IMG/VR virus record: IMGVR_UViG_3300035498_000265
Coordinates: 1 to 64,000 of that record
DNA length: 64,000 nt
Strand: one strand, 5' to 3'
From: a virus
Taxonomy: Duplodnaviria > Heunggongvirae > Uroviricota > Caudoviricetes > Crassvirales
In this document: piece after piece, positions 39,514 through 50,301 of the stretch
Layout of the letters: every line of letters starts with the position of its first letter
Numbering within the stretch: the first letter of the stretch is position 1
Made by a program: the position numbers and the translations under genes
The notes under the pieces: generated by a model
The model's input: only the letters and a program-made list of their open reading frames with translations
What the model was told of the DNA's origin: nothing
The model's database searches: none

Positions 39514-40177
39514 AGAATACTTTGGAGATTGGCTTAAGGTCATAGATAAGGATAAATTAGGGGAAGTATTGCAGGCTCTGAGTAAATTAGACCCAGAGAC
39601 TGTATGTCCCTCTCCTAGAGATACCTTTAGAGCTTTTAGGTTATGTCCTTTTGATGATTGTAGAGTAGTATTCTTAGGGCAAGACCCTTACCCACAGAAG
39701 GGAGTAGCCACTGGAATATTATTTGGCAATAGGGGATTAACACCTGAGTCAAAGCTCTCACCCTCATTACAAGTTATTAAGGAAAGTTGCATTGACTATA
39801 GTATACCTCATGGTGTAATAGACTTTGACAACACCTTAGAAAGCTGGGCAAAACAAGGTATACTAATGCTTAATTCAGCTTTAACTTGCGAAGTAAATAA
39901 ACCTAACTCTCATACTATGTTGTGGAGGAGGTTTATGTCAAGTTTCCTCAATAATTTATCAATAAGGGAAAGTGGTATTATCTATGTTCTCTTTGGAGCT
40001 CAAGCTAGAACATTTGCACCTTATATATGTGAGAAATATAATCATATAATTAAGGTAGGGCACCCAGCTCAATATGCTAGAATAAACAGACCAATGCCTA
40101 ATAAGGTATTCACTAGTGTAAATGAGCTACTTTACAGTGATTACGGTGATACTATAACCTGGTTCACCGAGTATTAA
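39503..40177 (+). CDS. ung: Uracil-DNA glycosylase (family 1-like)
   Basis: Water-activating motif VFLGQDPYP and C-terminal GHPAQ-like motif. Confidence 0.6.
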   Translation: MTIEEYFGDWLKVIDKDKLGEVLQALSKLDPETVCPSPRDTFRAFRLCPFDDCRVVFLGQDPYPQKGVATGILFGNRGLTPESKLSPSLQVIKESCIDYSIPHGVIDFDNTLESWAKQGILMLNSALTCEVNKPNSHTMLWRRFMSSFLNNLSIRESGIIYVLFGAQARTFAPYICEKYNHIIKVGHPAQYARINRPMPNKVFTSVNELLYSDYGDTITWFTEY

Positions 40178-40198
40178 TCTTTAAATATAATAACAACA

Positions 40199-40720
40199 AT
40201 GAAAACAGAAAAGCTTTACTTAGCTAGCACAGGCAGGGTAGTTCATGTAGGTGATACTATCAAGAGTAGAATGTCTAAGGATGGTATTACTACTATAACC
40301 TTAGTCACTATCACTGAGAAAAGCATTCCTATGCTGTTAAATTCAGGGATTCTAGTTAGTACACCTGGTGAGACTCTATCATTGAATACAGTCTTTGAAA
40401 GGCTTAGTACTAAATTAGGATGGAAACCTCAGAGAGTGACTAATTGGTTGGACGCTGTTAGTAACCTTAATCCAATGGCAGCCTTCACTATAGTAGCTAA
40501 AGAGGTAGCTATCATCCTTGATGAGAAATACCCTGACCATATTAGAAACAGTGAAAGGATTTTCACAATCTCATCTCTTGATGGTAGAGTCCATGAGGTT
40601 GTAAAGGCTCATATTAAGAGTTACAGAAACTTTGCTGCCTTTAGGACTTTAGAGGATGCTAAGCTTGCTTGCAACATACTTAGAGCTCCTCTTAAGGAAA
40701 TGTTCTCTAGTGGAAAATAA
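40199..40720 (+). CDS. Hypothetical 173-aa protein
   Basis: Track ORF. Confidence 0.45.
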   Translation: MKTEKLYLASTGRVVHVGDTIKSRMSKDGITTITLVTITEKSIPMLLNSGILVSTPGETLSLNTVFERLSTKLGWKPQRVTNWLDAVSNLNPMAAFTIVAKEVAIILDEKYPDHIRNSERIFTISSLDGRVHEVVKAHIKSYRNFAAFRTLEDAKLACNILRAPLKEMFSSGK

Positions 40721-41222
40721 GAAAGTAAAGAACGCTAAAGTAATTGTATACAACAATATTAGGTTTAAATCTAAGCTTGAAGTTAGTTTCTATAAGATAT
40801 TAACCCAAGCTGGATTTAATCCTCAATATGAGCGAATAACCTATTTACTGTGGAAAGGTTTTAAACCTACGATTCCATTTTACACAAAAGATAAAAAGAC
40901 TAAACTTCTTAAGTTAGATGAAGTTAAACTCAGAGATATGACTTATACCCCTGATTTTACTTTTAGATATAATGGTAGACTAATTATCATTGAGGCTAAG
41001 GGTAAAGAAAATGATACTTATCCCCTTAAGAAGAAGTTATTTAGGGGATTATTAGAGAGCATGACTCTTGATAATCCCCTATTCTTTGAGGTATTCACTC
41101 AAAAGCAATTACTACAAGCAATAGAAATCATTAAGTCCTATGGCTCAGTTAATAGAGAAAATCAGTGCTGCTCTTCATGTATTACCGAAGAAGGACATAG
41201 AGATTGCAGAGAGACTCCTTAA
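40656..41222 (+). CDS. PD-(D/E)XK nuclease (Vsr or homing-endonuclease-like)
   Basis: YTPDF...IIEAKG catalytic motif arrangement. Confidence 0.4.
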   Translation: MLSLLATYLELLLRKCSLVENKKVKNAKVIVYNNIRFKSKLEVSFYKILTQAGFNPQYERITYLLWKGFKPTIPFYTKDKKTKLLKLDEVKLRDMTYTPDFTFRYNGRLIIIEAKGKENDTYPLKKKLFRGLLESMTLDNPLFFEVFTQKQLLQAIEIIKSYGSVNRENQCCSSCITEEGHRDCRETP

Positions 41223-41451
41223 AAAGAGGGACTTTCAATCACTATTAGAAATAGTTGACTCAGATATATATCTAGTAAGGAAGCATCAAGATGATGAAGT
41301 TCCTAAAGAAGAGTATGCAAACCTTAAAATCGAAGACATTATAGACCTTAGGTCTGACCTATCAGAATATATGTCTTACATACTTCCTCCTGAAGACTGG
41401 GAAGATAATCACTTAGGTGATTTAGGAGGACAATTCTATGATGATTTATGA
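41140..41451 (+). CDS. Acidic 103-aa protein
   Basis: Track ORF. Confidence 0.4.
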   Translation: MAQLIEKISAALHVLPKKDIEIAERLLKKRDFQSLLEIVDSDIYLVRKHQDDEVPKEEYANLKIEDIIDLRSDLSEYMSYILPPEDWEDNHLGDLGGQFYDDL

Positions 41452-42506
41452 AAGAAAAGAAAGAAAGACCTTCTTTTTACAATATTAGTTGGCCTGTTAC
41501 TGAGGAGGAGTATAGAGCAGACCCTGCTCTATCCTACTCCACTATATCTAAATATGAGAGAACTGGCTTTGATGGCATAAAGTTTCTCTTTGATAAGGTA
41601 GAAACCCCTAGCTTAACTTTTGGCTCAGCAGTTGATAGCTTAATAACAGGAGGTAAAGAAGAATTTGACTCTAGGTTCCTAGTAGCTGATTTCCCAGCTT
41701 TATCTCCTAGTATGACAGAAATAGTTAAACATATATTCCATGTATATGGTGAGAAATATGATAAACTAACTGATATACCTGATGATGCTATCATCCTTAT
41801 AACTAAGCTAATGTCTTTTCAGCTTAACTGGAAAGCTGAAACTAGAGCTAGAGTTATCAAGGAAAGTGGCAGCGAATACTATAGATTGTTATTCCTAGCT
41901 AAAGATAAGACTGTCCTAGATGCTAAAACATATGAAGCTGTACTTAGAGCTGTAAAAGCCTTAAAGACATTTAAATCCACCTATGACTATTTCAAAGAAA
42001 CTAGTCCATTTGAAAATGTTGAAAGGTTATACCAATTGAAGTTTAAAGCCCAGTTAGATGGAACTTGGTATAGGTGTATGGCTGACTTAATTGTGGTTGA
42101 CCATGATAAAAAGACTGTCCAACCAATAGATTTAAAGACATCTTCAAAGAGAGAGTGGGATTTCCATAAGAGTTTTATCGACTGGAGATATGACATTCAA
42201 GCTAGGTTGTACTGGAGGCTAATTAGAACTACAATGGATGGAGACCCTTACTTCAAAGACTTTAAACTCCTACCATATAAGTTCATAGTAGTTAACAGAA
42301 ATATTCCATGCCCCTTAGTGTGGGGATTTGCACAAACTACTGAGAGAGGCACTCTTAAAGTAGGTAAAAATGGGAGCATAGAATTAAGAGACCCCTGTGA
42401 GATAGGAGCTGAATTAGACCATTATCTCACTAGTAAACCAACAGTTCCTGTAGGCATAATTGAGGCAGGAGTAAATGACATTAATACTTGGTTAAATAAG
42501 TTATGA
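41448..42506 (+). CDS. PD-(D/E)XK exonuclease (Cas4/RecB-nuclease-like)
   Basis: MADLIVVDHDKKTVQPIDLKTS (D...D/ELK) motif pattern. Confidence 0.45.
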   Translation: MKEKKERPSFYNISWPVTEEEYRADPALSYSTISKYERTGFDGIKFLFDKVETPSLTFGSAVDSLITGGKEEFDSRFLVADFPALSPSMTEIVKHIFHVYGEKYDKLTDIPDDAIILITKLMSFQLNWKAETRARVIKESGSEYYRLLFLAKDKTVLDAKTYEAVLRAVKALKTFKSTYDYFKETSPFENVERLYQLKFKAQLDGTWYRCMADLIVVDHDKKTVQPIDLKTSSKREWDFHKSFIDWRYDIQARLYWRLIRTTMDGDPYFKDFKLLPYKFIVVNRNIPCPLVWGFAQTTERGTLKVGKNGSIELRDPCEIGAELDHYLTSKPTVPVGIIEAGVNDINTWLNKL

Positions 42507-44662
42507 AGGTAGTAAAAAGGAATGGAAATCTAGAAGACTTTAGCATTAATAAAGTTATAAATGCTATTAATTGTGCTTATTGCTCAAAAGGGTTAAAGCC
42601 TCAAGATGAAGTCCTAGAGGAAGTTAAAGAAGAGTTCAATGGTGACTTTGATACTATAGGAGTAGAGGAAGTTCAAGACAAGGTTGAAAAAATCTTGATG
42701 GACTTAGCCCCCTATCCTGTAGCTAAATCCTTTATTCTTTATAGAGAACAGCATAAACAAGCTAGATTTGTTAGAGAAAGACTAGACTATATGGAGAGAT
42801 ATAGCCAATCTGGAAATAATGCAGCTAGCTCCTCAGAGACTGATGCTAATGCTAATGTCTCAATGAAGAATGTTGCTAATCTAGAAGGAGAGGTCTATAA
42901 GACTACTAATAGGATTATCCAAAGGCAAAGGATGAAAGAGAAGCTTAATACAATGTACCCTGAGGTAGCTAAGCAATATGAGGAGGATATTGAACATCAC
43001 ATTATTTATCCTCATGATGAAGCTTCTACCCCAGTATTGAAACCATATTGTATGGCTGCTACTCTCTATCCTCTTATGTTGGATGGTGTAGGTAACATTG
43101 ATGGAGTAACTCCTAGTCCCCCCAACGATATTCAGTCATTCAGTGGACAAGTAACTAATCTAGTATTCTTGTTATCTTCTCAAGTTAAAGGAGCTGTAGC
43201 TCTTGGAGACTACTTTATTGCCTTGAATTACTACGTAGTAGCAGAGTTTGGAAACCAATGGTATGATAAGCTAGATACTGTCATAACTAATGGGTTTACT
43301 ACTGCTCATACTATAGAGTATTACATTAAGAAGGGTATGAAGCAATTCATTTATGGTGTTAATCAGCCTGCAGGTAATAGGAGTTATAACTCTCCTTTTA
43401 CTAATGTCTCTTACTATGATAGAGAGTACTTTAATTCTCTATTTAAAGACTTCTGCTATCCCGATGGTACTAAACCTGAGTGGAAAGCTATTGACACCCT
43501 TCAAAGGATGTTTATGAAGTTGCATAGAGAGCTTAGGTTGGTTAAACCACTTACCTTCCCTGTATCTACTATAGCACTAGTACATAATAACAAAGAGTAT
43601 CTCGACCTAGACTATAAACACTTATGTGCAGAGGAATGGGCTAAAGGTGGTAGTTTCTTCTGTTATACTAGTGATAATCCTACTTCATTAGCCTCATGCT
43701 GCAGAGTTCTCAATGAGATTAAGGATAACACCTTTAGCTCTACTACAGGTATGACAGGTGTTATGACTGGCTCTGTGAATGTAATTACTCTTAATATTAA
43801 TAGGATAGTTCAAGATTACTTTAGATTCTTCCCAACTGACTGTAATGTTAACTGCTTATTAGAAGATAAGAGTAAGGGTTATCCTCTTTTGAGGAAGTGG
43901 CTAATTAATATCCTAGAGAGGGTTTATAAGTATCACATTGCTTATAAGACCATGCTATATGACCTTGAAGATAAAGGTATGCTAGCAGCCTCTAATGCTG
44001 GATATATCTACTTGAAGAAATTATATAGCACTATTGGTGTTTTAGGTTATTGTGAAGCAGCTAAATTCTTAGGCATAGAGGTTAGCAATAATCCTGATTA
44101 CAAGCAATTCTTAGAGGTAGTTCTAGGTACTATTAAAGAGCAAAACAAGTTACACTCTATCCAAGATAAAAAGAGACCCTTCTTGTTTAACTCTGAAGCT
44201 GTGCCTGGTGAAAACTTAGCAGTTAAACTCTATGAATGGGATAAAGCTGATGGATATGTTGTACCTGAAGACCAGAACTTATATAACTGTTATTTCTATA
44301 ATCCATGGGATGATACATCTGTACTAGATAAACTCAAATTACATGGTAAAGAGATTAGCCAATATAGTGATGGTGGTCAGGCTGCACACATTAACTTAGA
44401 CTCTCATTTGAGTGAAGAGCAATACCTTAAGATTCTAGATTTAACTAGAGAGTATGGTACTAGTTACTTCACATTTAACATACCTATGAGTGAATGTGCT
44501 GAGTGTGGTCATGTAGTTAATGCACCTATTGATAAATGCCCTTTATGTGAATCTAATAAGATTAAATATTGGACTAGAATCATAGGTTATTTAACTTGTG
44601 TTGACAGTTGGTCTAATCCTAGACAGCTAGAACAGAAACATAGAACTTATACTAAAGTATGA
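42503..44662 (+). CDS. nrdD: Anaerobic ribonucleoside-triphosphate reductase
   Basis: N-terminal ATP-cone MKVVKRNGNLEDF; 719 aa; C-terminal Cys cluster CAECGHVVNAPIDKCPLCE. Confidence 0.65.
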   Translation: MKVVKRNGNLEDFSINKVINAINCAYCSKGLKPQDEVLEEVKEEFNGDFDTIGVEEVQDKVEKILMDLAPYPVAKSFILYREQHKQARFVRERLDYMERYSQSGNNAASSSETDANANVSMKNVANLEGEVYKTTNRIIQRQRMKEKLNTMYPEVAKQYEEDIEHHIIYPHDEASTPVLKPYCMAATLYPLMLDGVGNIDGVTPSPPNDIQSFSGQVTNLVFLLSSQVKGAVALGDYFIALNYYVVAEFGNQWYDKLDTVITNGFTTAHTIEYYIKKGMKQFIYGVNQPAGNRSYNSPFTNVSYYDREYFNSLFKDFCYPDGTKPEWKAIDTLQRMFMKLHRELRLVKPLTFPVSTIALVHNNKEYLDLDYKHLCAEEWAKGGSFFCYTSDNPTSLASCCRVLNEIKDNTFSSTTGMTGVMTGSVNVITLNINRIVQDYFRFFPTDCNVNCLLEDKSKGYPLLRKWLINILERVYKYHIAYKTMLYDLEDKGMLAASNAGYIYLKKLYSTIGVLGYCEAAKFLGIEVSNNPDYKQFLEVVLGTIKEQNKLHSIQDKKRPFLFNSEAVPGENLAVKLYEWDKADGYVVPEDQNLYNCYFYNPWDDTSVLDKLKLHGKEISQYSDGGQAAHINLDSHLSEEQYLKILDLTREYGTSYFTFNIPMSECAECGHVVNAPIDKCPLCESNKIKYWTRIIGYLTCVDSWSNPRQLEQKHRTYTKV

Positions 44663-45345
44663 AAGTATTAATCGTACCTGATGTTCATGGTAGATTATTC
44701 TGGAGAAAAGCTAAAGAATTAGTAAAAGAATATAAGCAGATTGTTTTCCTAGGAGACTACTTAGACCCTTATCCCGTTGAGGGTATAACTCCTAGGGAAG
44801 CTTTCTCTGAGTTCAAAGACATAATTGAATTTAAGAAAGCTTATCCTAAGAAAGTAACATTGTTACTAGGCAATCACGACTTACATTATTACTTTACTGA
44901 TTTTATATCTAGTACTAGAAAGAACTACCTAGACTTGGATGAATACCATAAGTTCTTCGTTGATAACAGAGAGCTATTTACATGCTTTAAAGTTATCAAC
45001 TCATATAAGAATAAGTGGGTTTTATCTCATGCTGGAATATCTATACCATGGTTAAATCAGAATAATTTGAGCTTAACTAAGTTATTTAAAACTCCCTTAA
45101 TAGAGTTAAAGTCTGCATTAGAGCAGGTATGCTCTTGGAGAGGGGGCTATGACAATTATAGTAGCCCTGTATGGTTAGATATTCATGAGGCTGTTGACGA
45201 TAATATGCTATTAGGGTGCAATGTAACTCAGATAGTTGGGCATAACCAAGTAGGTAATATTTCCAACTTTAATGGGATTACATTCGTAGACTTAAGAAAC
45301 CTAATTTCACTAGATACAAAAACAAAGAAAATAGATTTTGTATGA
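44659..45345 (+). CDS. Calcineurin-like metallophosphoesterase
   Basis: Motifs VPDVHG, GDYLD and GNHD. Confidence 0.6.
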   Translation: MKVLIVPDVHGRLFWRKAKELVKEYKQIVFLGDYLDPYPVEGITPREAFSEFKDIIEFKKAYPKKVTLLLGNHDLHYYFTDFISSTRKNYLDLDEYHKFFVDNRELFTCFKVINSYKNKWVLSHAGISIPWLNQNNLSLTKLFKTPLIELKSALEQVCSWRGGYDNYSSPVWLDIHEAVDDNMLLGCNVTQIVGHNQVGNISNFNGITFVDLRNLISLDTKTKKIDFV

Positions 45346-45442
45346 AGACTAAAGAATTATTCACTACTACAAACGGTAGATTAATCCTAGTTTATGCTGC
45401 ATTCCTAGGGTACTTACTTGGAGTAGTTTATGGGGCTCTAAG

Positions 45443-45904
45443 ATGAAATACACAGATGCTAAAGTAACCTTTGCTGAAGTCCCTGATGAAATAGCTCTCT
45501 GCATAAATATATCTAATTGTCCTTGCCATTGTGTAGGCTGTCATAGCTCATACTTAGCAGAGGACATCGGTGAACCCCTTGATGAGGATGTTCTTGCAAA
45601 GTTAATTGATGACAATGAAGGAATAACTTGTGTTGCCTTTATGGGAGGAGATGCAGAGCCTAATATAATTCTTGAATTAGCTAGGTTCATTAGAGCTATT
45701 TATACTAGGATAAAGGTAGCTTGGTATAGTGGTAGAGATAAACTGCCTAATATTATTGAAGATGAGATAGATATGTTTGACTTCATTAAATTAGGCCCTT
45801 ATATCGAGGAACTTGGCCCCTTAAATGAGACAACTACTAATCAAAGATTCTATAAAGTAGTTGAGGATAAACTAGTGGATATAACCCACAAATTTTGGAG
45901 ATAA
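45443..45904 (+). CDS. nrdG: Anaerobic RNR activating enzyme (radical SAM)
   Basis: Cys motif CPCHCVGCHS; size and position next to nrdD. Confidence 0.55.
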   Translation: MKYTDAKVTFAEVPDEIALCINISNCPCHCVGCHSSYLAEDIGEPLDEDVLAKLIDDNEGITCVAFMGGDAEPNIILELARFIRAIYTRIKVAWYSGRDKLPNIIEDEIDMFDFIKLGPYIEELGPLNETTTNQRFYKVVEDKLVDITHKFWR

Positions 45905-45908
45905 AATT

Positions 45909-46460
45909 ATGGTAGAAGTAAAAGTTAAAGTCTTTAATGGTCAGAAGTTACCTACTATTATTAAGAAGGGAGACTGGATTGATTTATCAATCAATGAGGA
46001 TATTCATTTAGAAGCCCCTCAAGCAGGTATACTTAGAAAAGACAGAAATGACGATGGTGAATTAGTGCAACATAGAGATGTAATTCTCAAAGTAAACTAT
46101 TTGCCATTAGGAGTAGCTATGAAATTACCTAAAGGGTATGAAGCACATATAGTATCTAGGAGTAGTACTCCTAAGAAATATGGAGTTATGTGTGCTAACT
46201 CTATAGGTATCATAGATAACTCATACTCTGGTGACAATGATGAGTGGAAATACCCAGCTATTGCCATTAGAGAGACTGACATTAAGAAAGGAACTAGAAT
46301 ATGTCAGTTTAGAATTCAACTTAGTCAGAAAGCTACTATGTGGCAAAAGATTAAGTGGTTCTTTAGCTCTGGTGTTAAGCTAGTTAAAGTTTACCAATTA
46401 GATAGCACAGATAGGTCTGGCTTAGGTAGCACTAGTGACTCAGAGTTTGTAAATCCTTAA
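45909..46460 (+). CDS. dUTPase/dCTP-deaminase family protein
   Basis: Beta-rich 183 aa with GIIDNSYSGD motif-3-like segment. Confidence 0.45.
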   Translation: MVEVKVKVFNGQKLPTIIKKGDWIDLSINEDIHLEAPQAGILRKDRNDDGELVQHRDVILKVNYLPLGVAMKLPKGYEAHIVSRSSTPKKYGVMCANSIGIIDNSYSGDNDEWKYPAIAIRETDIKKGTRICQFRIQLSQKATMWQKIKWFFSSGVKLVKVYQLDSTDRSGLGSTSDSEFVNP

Positions 46461-46474
46461 CATAAACCTGAAAA

Positions 46475-46975
46475 ATGATTTTAGAAATAGTAATAACCTT
46501 AATAGCAGTAGTAGCCATAGGACTTATGGTGAACTTTAGTGAAAATAAGATAAAAAGGAATAGCAGGAAAATTTCCTTTAAAGAGTCTATGGACTTAGCA
46601 GAGCTTCCTATTGTGACTTTTTATCAAGGAGATAAGAAGTTTAACTTCTTACTAGACACTGGAAGTAATTATTCACATATAAGTAAAGAGGCTGCTGCTG
46701 AATTGGTTGGTGAAGTACAAGCATCTGAAGGTCAAGTCTCTGGCATTGGAGGTGAGAAAGCAGATGTATTCTCAGGAGTATGTAAAACTGTATTAACTTA
46801 TAAGAATGAGCAATTTGACATTGAATTATGCATTGGTGAGCATTTAAATGACACTTTTAGTGCTATTAAAGCTGAAACTGGTGTACAAGTACATGGTTTA
46901 ATTGGTAATAAGTTCTTCCAGAGATATAAGTACATACTAGACTTTGAGGAGCTTGTAGCTTACACTAAGAAATAG
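46475..46975 (+). CDS. Membrane-anchored retropepsin-like aspartic protease; ends at TAG with TGA 8 codons downstream
   Basis: N-terminal transmembrane helix, catalytic FLLDTGSNYSHIS (D-T/S-G) motif. Confidence 0.45.
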   Translation: MILEIVITLIAVVAIGLMVNFSENKIKRNSRKISFKESMDLAELPIVTFYQGDKKFNFLLDTGSNYSHISKEAAAELVGEVQASEGQVSGIGGEKADVFSGVCKTVLTYKNEQFDIELCIGEHLNDTFSAIKAETGVQVHGLIGNKFFQRYKYILDFEELVAYTKK

Positions 46976-46982
46976 CGAGCCT

Positions 46983-47237
46983 ATGGAAAAATCCTATGAG
47001 TTAATAAGTAGAGACAATGACATTTACACCCTTGAAAGAGTTGGCGGAGTTAGCTCCAAGCAATACTCTCTTAAGGGTGTTACTCATCTAAGATTTGGCA
47101 GAAACATAATGGGTGAAATAGTCTTTGTAGACCCCAGTGGTGGCCCTTATATAGGAGTAGATAGAATCTTAGAAGGTATAGGTAAAGTGTCAGATATAAG
47201 TAATACTAATAAAAGTATACTGATAACATTCAAATAA
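46983..47237 (+). CDS. Hypothetical 84-aa protein
   Basis: Track ORF. Confidence 0.4.
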   Translation: MEKSYELISRDNDIYTLERVGGVSSKQYSLKGVTHLRFGRNIMGEIVFVDPSGGPYIGVDRILEGIGKVSDISNTNKSILITFK

Positions 47238-49450
47238 TGAGTCAGATATATCTAGTTACAGGGCAAAAGCAATTATTTGATAATGATACTTATAAAATTA
47301 TAAGTGTTGAAGATTCATTAAGGTTGCTTAAGCCATTAGTAAAGGTAGGATTAGATACTGAGACTGAGGGATTCTCCCCTTTTCTTAAGAAGCTATTGTT
47401 ACTTCAACTAGGTAATAGAGACTTTCAAGTTGTTGTTGATTGTACTACAATAGATATTCAATCCTACAAAGAATACCTAGAATCAGAGAGACTATTCATT
47501 GGATGGAATTTAAAGTTTGATGTTAAATTCCTATTCTATCATAATATTATACCAAAGAACCTCTATGATGGCTTTTTAGCAGAAAAAATGAGGTGGTTAG
47601 GCTGGCCTTCAGGTATGCACTCACTCAGTCTTAAATCAGCAGGTGAGAATTACCTAGGAGTTGAACTTGATAAGACTGTCAGAGGTCAGATTATATGGAG
47701 GAAAGAGTTGACTGATGAGATAGTAGAATATGCTGCTAATGACGTTAAATATCTAGAAGATATTATGGATAAGCAGACAGAGATACTATATGCAAGAGGT
47801 CAAAAGCTAGCTCTAGAGGTAGAGAATAAAGCTATCCTTCCTACTGCATACTTTGAGTTTTGCGGAGTTAAGCTTGACGTTGAAAGGTGGAAGGCTAAAA
47901 TGAGCAAAGATGAGGAGGCCTTGCAGAAAGCTCAGGATGAACTTGATAAGTTTGTTGTGGATTTATATGAAGCTAACAAGAGTAACTTAAGTGGATTCTG
48001 GGTTGAAGATTGGTATGATTTTAATAATGGCTCACCTAGTGGTAAATGGAAACCAGCTATTGAAACTGAGAATTCTCCTGAAGCTCCGTTCTTTGATAAA
48101 ACAGAGGGTGATTGGCAGTATATCAGTAGGGAGTTCCCATTCATTGAGGTAGCTCAACCTGACTTATTTGGATTTACTACCCCTGGCCCTAAGTGTAAAG
48201 TAAATTGGAATAGTTCTAGACAGGTAATTCCTTTGCTTGAGTTCTTCGGCTTTGACCTTTTAACTAGGGATAAAGTCAATGGTGGAATGAAGAAGTCTGT
48301 GGATGCTACAGTGATTGAAGGACAAAGAGATAAGCATCCTATTGCTGATGTTTACTTAAGGTTTAAAGCTGCACAGAAGGTAACTAGTACCTATGGACAG
48401 AATTTCCTAGACCTTATTAATCCTAAGACAGGTAGAATACATACTTCATTCAATCAAATAGGAACAGATACACATAGATATAGCTCAGGTGGTGGTGATG
48501 ATAAAGAGGTTATCCCAGGCAAGAAAGTGCCATTGGTAAATCTACAGAACCTTCCTGCTGATGCTGAGACTAGAGCTTGCTTTATATCTGATAAAGGCAA
48601 TAAGTGGATTAGCGCAGACTATAGTGGTGAAGAGTCAGTAATCTTAGCTAATATAGCCAAGGATGAAGCTATGATTGAGCTATTCTTACATGGTTGTGGA
48701 GACTTGCATAGTCTAGTAGCTAAGATGGTTTATCCTGATGAGCTTAAGGATGTCCCTGTAGAGAAGGTTAAGAAACTTAGACCTGATTTAAGGAAGAAAG
48801 CAAAGGCTCCTGAGTTTACATTTGCTTATGGTGGTGATGCTAATACCTTGATAGGTAGAGACCATATACCAGAGGATGAAGCTAGAGCTATTGAAGATAA
48901 CTACAAAAAAGGCTTCCCTGGTGTAGCAGCTTATCAAGCTAATCAGAGGAAACTAGTAATGCAATTAGGTTATATTAATACCTGTCCAGAGGTAGGTTAT
49001 AGAGCTCATATATATGACTTTGAAGACCTAGATAGGACTCAAAAGAAATTTAATCAGGAGTTCTGGGCAAAGTATAGAAACCTTAAAGCAACTAATCCAT
49101 ATGACCCTCTTGTTGAAGAAGTGAGACACTATTTCAAGAGGAAATCAGCCTCTGAAAGACAATCTATCAACTACCCGATTCAATCCAGGGGGTCAGCAGT
49201 GTTCAAGATAGCAGCAGTTAACTTGTTTAACTGGGTTGTTAAGAACAATTTGTTTGGGGTTGTAAAATTCTGTATACCTGCACACGATGAATTTAACATT
49301 GAAGCCCCTGCTGAAATAGCAGAGGAGGTAGCTAATAAACTTCATGAGTGTATGATAAATGCAGGTAAGTTTATCTGTAAAATTGTTCCTCTTGAGGCTG
49401 AAGTGTCAAGGTTAAAAGATGGAACTTTACCAACTTATTGGATACATTAA
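47237..49450 (+). CDS. Family A DNA polymerase with 3-prime-5-prime exonuclease domain
   Basis: Exo I DTETEG; 737 aa; polymerase motifs (KAKAPEFTFAYGG, NYPIQSRGSAV, PAHDEF). Confidence 0.65.
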   Translation: MSQIYLVTGQKQLFDNDTYKIISVEDSLRLLKPLVKVGLDTETEGFSPFLKKLLLLQLGNRDFQVVVDCTTIDIQSYKEYLESERLFIGWNLKFDVKFLFYHNIIPKNLYDGFLAEKMRWLGWPSGMHSLSLKSAGENYLGVELDKTVRGQIIWRKELTDEIVEYAANDVKYLEDIMDKQTEILYARGQKLALEVENKAILPTAYFEFCGVKLDVERWKAKMSKDEEALQKAQDELDKFVVDLYEANKSNLSGFWVEDWYDFNNGSPSGKWKPAIETENSPEAPFFDKTEGDWQYISREFPFIEVAQPDLFGFTTPGPKCKVNWNSSRQVIPLLEFFGFDLLTRDKVNGGMKKSVDATVIEGQRDKHPIADVYLRFKAAQKVTSTYGQNFLDLINPKTGRIHTSFNQIGTDTHRYSSGGGDDKEVIPGKKVPLVNLQNLPADAETRACFISDKGNKWISADYSGEESVILANIAKDEAMIELFLHGCGDLHSLVAKMVYPDELKDVPVEKVKKLRPDLRKKAKAPEFTFAYGGDANTLIGRDHIPEDEARAIEDNYKKGFPGVAAYQANQRKLVMQLGYINTCPEVGYRAHIYDFEDLDRTQKKFNQEFWAKYRNLKATNPYDPLVEEVRHYFKRKSASERQSINYPIQSRGSAVFKIAAVNLFNWVVKNNLFGVVKFCIPAHDEFNIEAPAEIAEEVANKLHECMINAGKFICKIVPLEAEVSRLKDGTLPTYWIH

Positions 49451-49715
49451 TATGAAACCAAAAGCAGTAAAAGTAGAACTAAATAGGGTAACTCCTAATG
49501 GTTCTAGTGGTACAGGTTACGATGAACCTTGTAACTTTAAAATATACCTAGACAATGGAGAAGTTCTTAAGAGGACAATCTATGATTGGTATAGACCCTA
49601 TGGTGAAACAATAAACTCTATAAAAGAGATGTGTATAGCTATACCAGCTTCTAATCTATTAGAGGTAATGGATATGGCATTAGATGCATGGAAAGCTGAC
49701 GTTAGTTTAGATTAA
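49419..49715 (+). CDS. Hypothetical 98-aa protein
   Basis: Track ORF. Confidence 0.4.
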   Translation: MELYQLIGYINMKPKAVKVELNRVTPNGSSGTGYDEPCNFKIYLDNGEVLKRTIYDWYRPYGETINSIKEMCIAIPASNLLEVMDMALDAWKADVSLD

Positions 49716-49725
49716 ATTATTTAAA

Positions 49726-50157
49726 ATGGAAGAGTATATTTGCACAAAAGATTTCTGCTTTGAAGATGTAATATTTGCTAAAGTTGGCGATACTATAGTA
49801 GTATTACCTGATAAGAAGACAGTAGTAAACAAGGCTACTAAATCAGTGATATCTAATCCTGAGTTAGTAAAGGACAAAAGATATTTCTCTAAAGTCCCTA
49901 AATCAGATAGGGTAAATCATCCATCACATTATACTTGGCTTAAAGAAAAATGTGGCATTGAAGTTATTGATATTACAAGGCATCTTGACTTTGATAAGGG
50001 CAATGCTGTCAAATATCTACTTAGGTCAGGCTATAAGATTGAGGAAGGCTTATCTATGGTTAACAAAGAGATTGAAGACTTGAGAAAAGCTATTTGGTAC
50101 ATCCAGGACAAAATAAATGAACTAGAAAAGTATGCTAAATACAAGTACCAAAACTAA
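49726..50157 (+). CDS. Hypothetical 143-aa protein
   Basis: Track ORF. Confidence 0.45.
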   Translation: MEEYICTKDFCFEDVIFAKVGDTIVVLPDKKTVVNKATKSVISNPELVKDKRYFSKVPKSDRVNHPSHYTWLKEKCGIEVIDITRHLDFDKGNAVKYLLRSGYKIEEGLSMVNKEIEDLRKAIWYIQDKINELEKYAKYKYQN

Positions 50158-50301
50158 AGCAAAGGCAGCCCTAAAGCTATATAATCAGATTAATAGTTAC
50201 TTACTTGAACAAGAGTTTGAGGAACTAGCTGGTAATCCTATAGCTAAGATGTCTTTGAAGCAAGCAGCTCAATGTCTTGCTAAGATAATTAGGAGAGAAC
50301 A

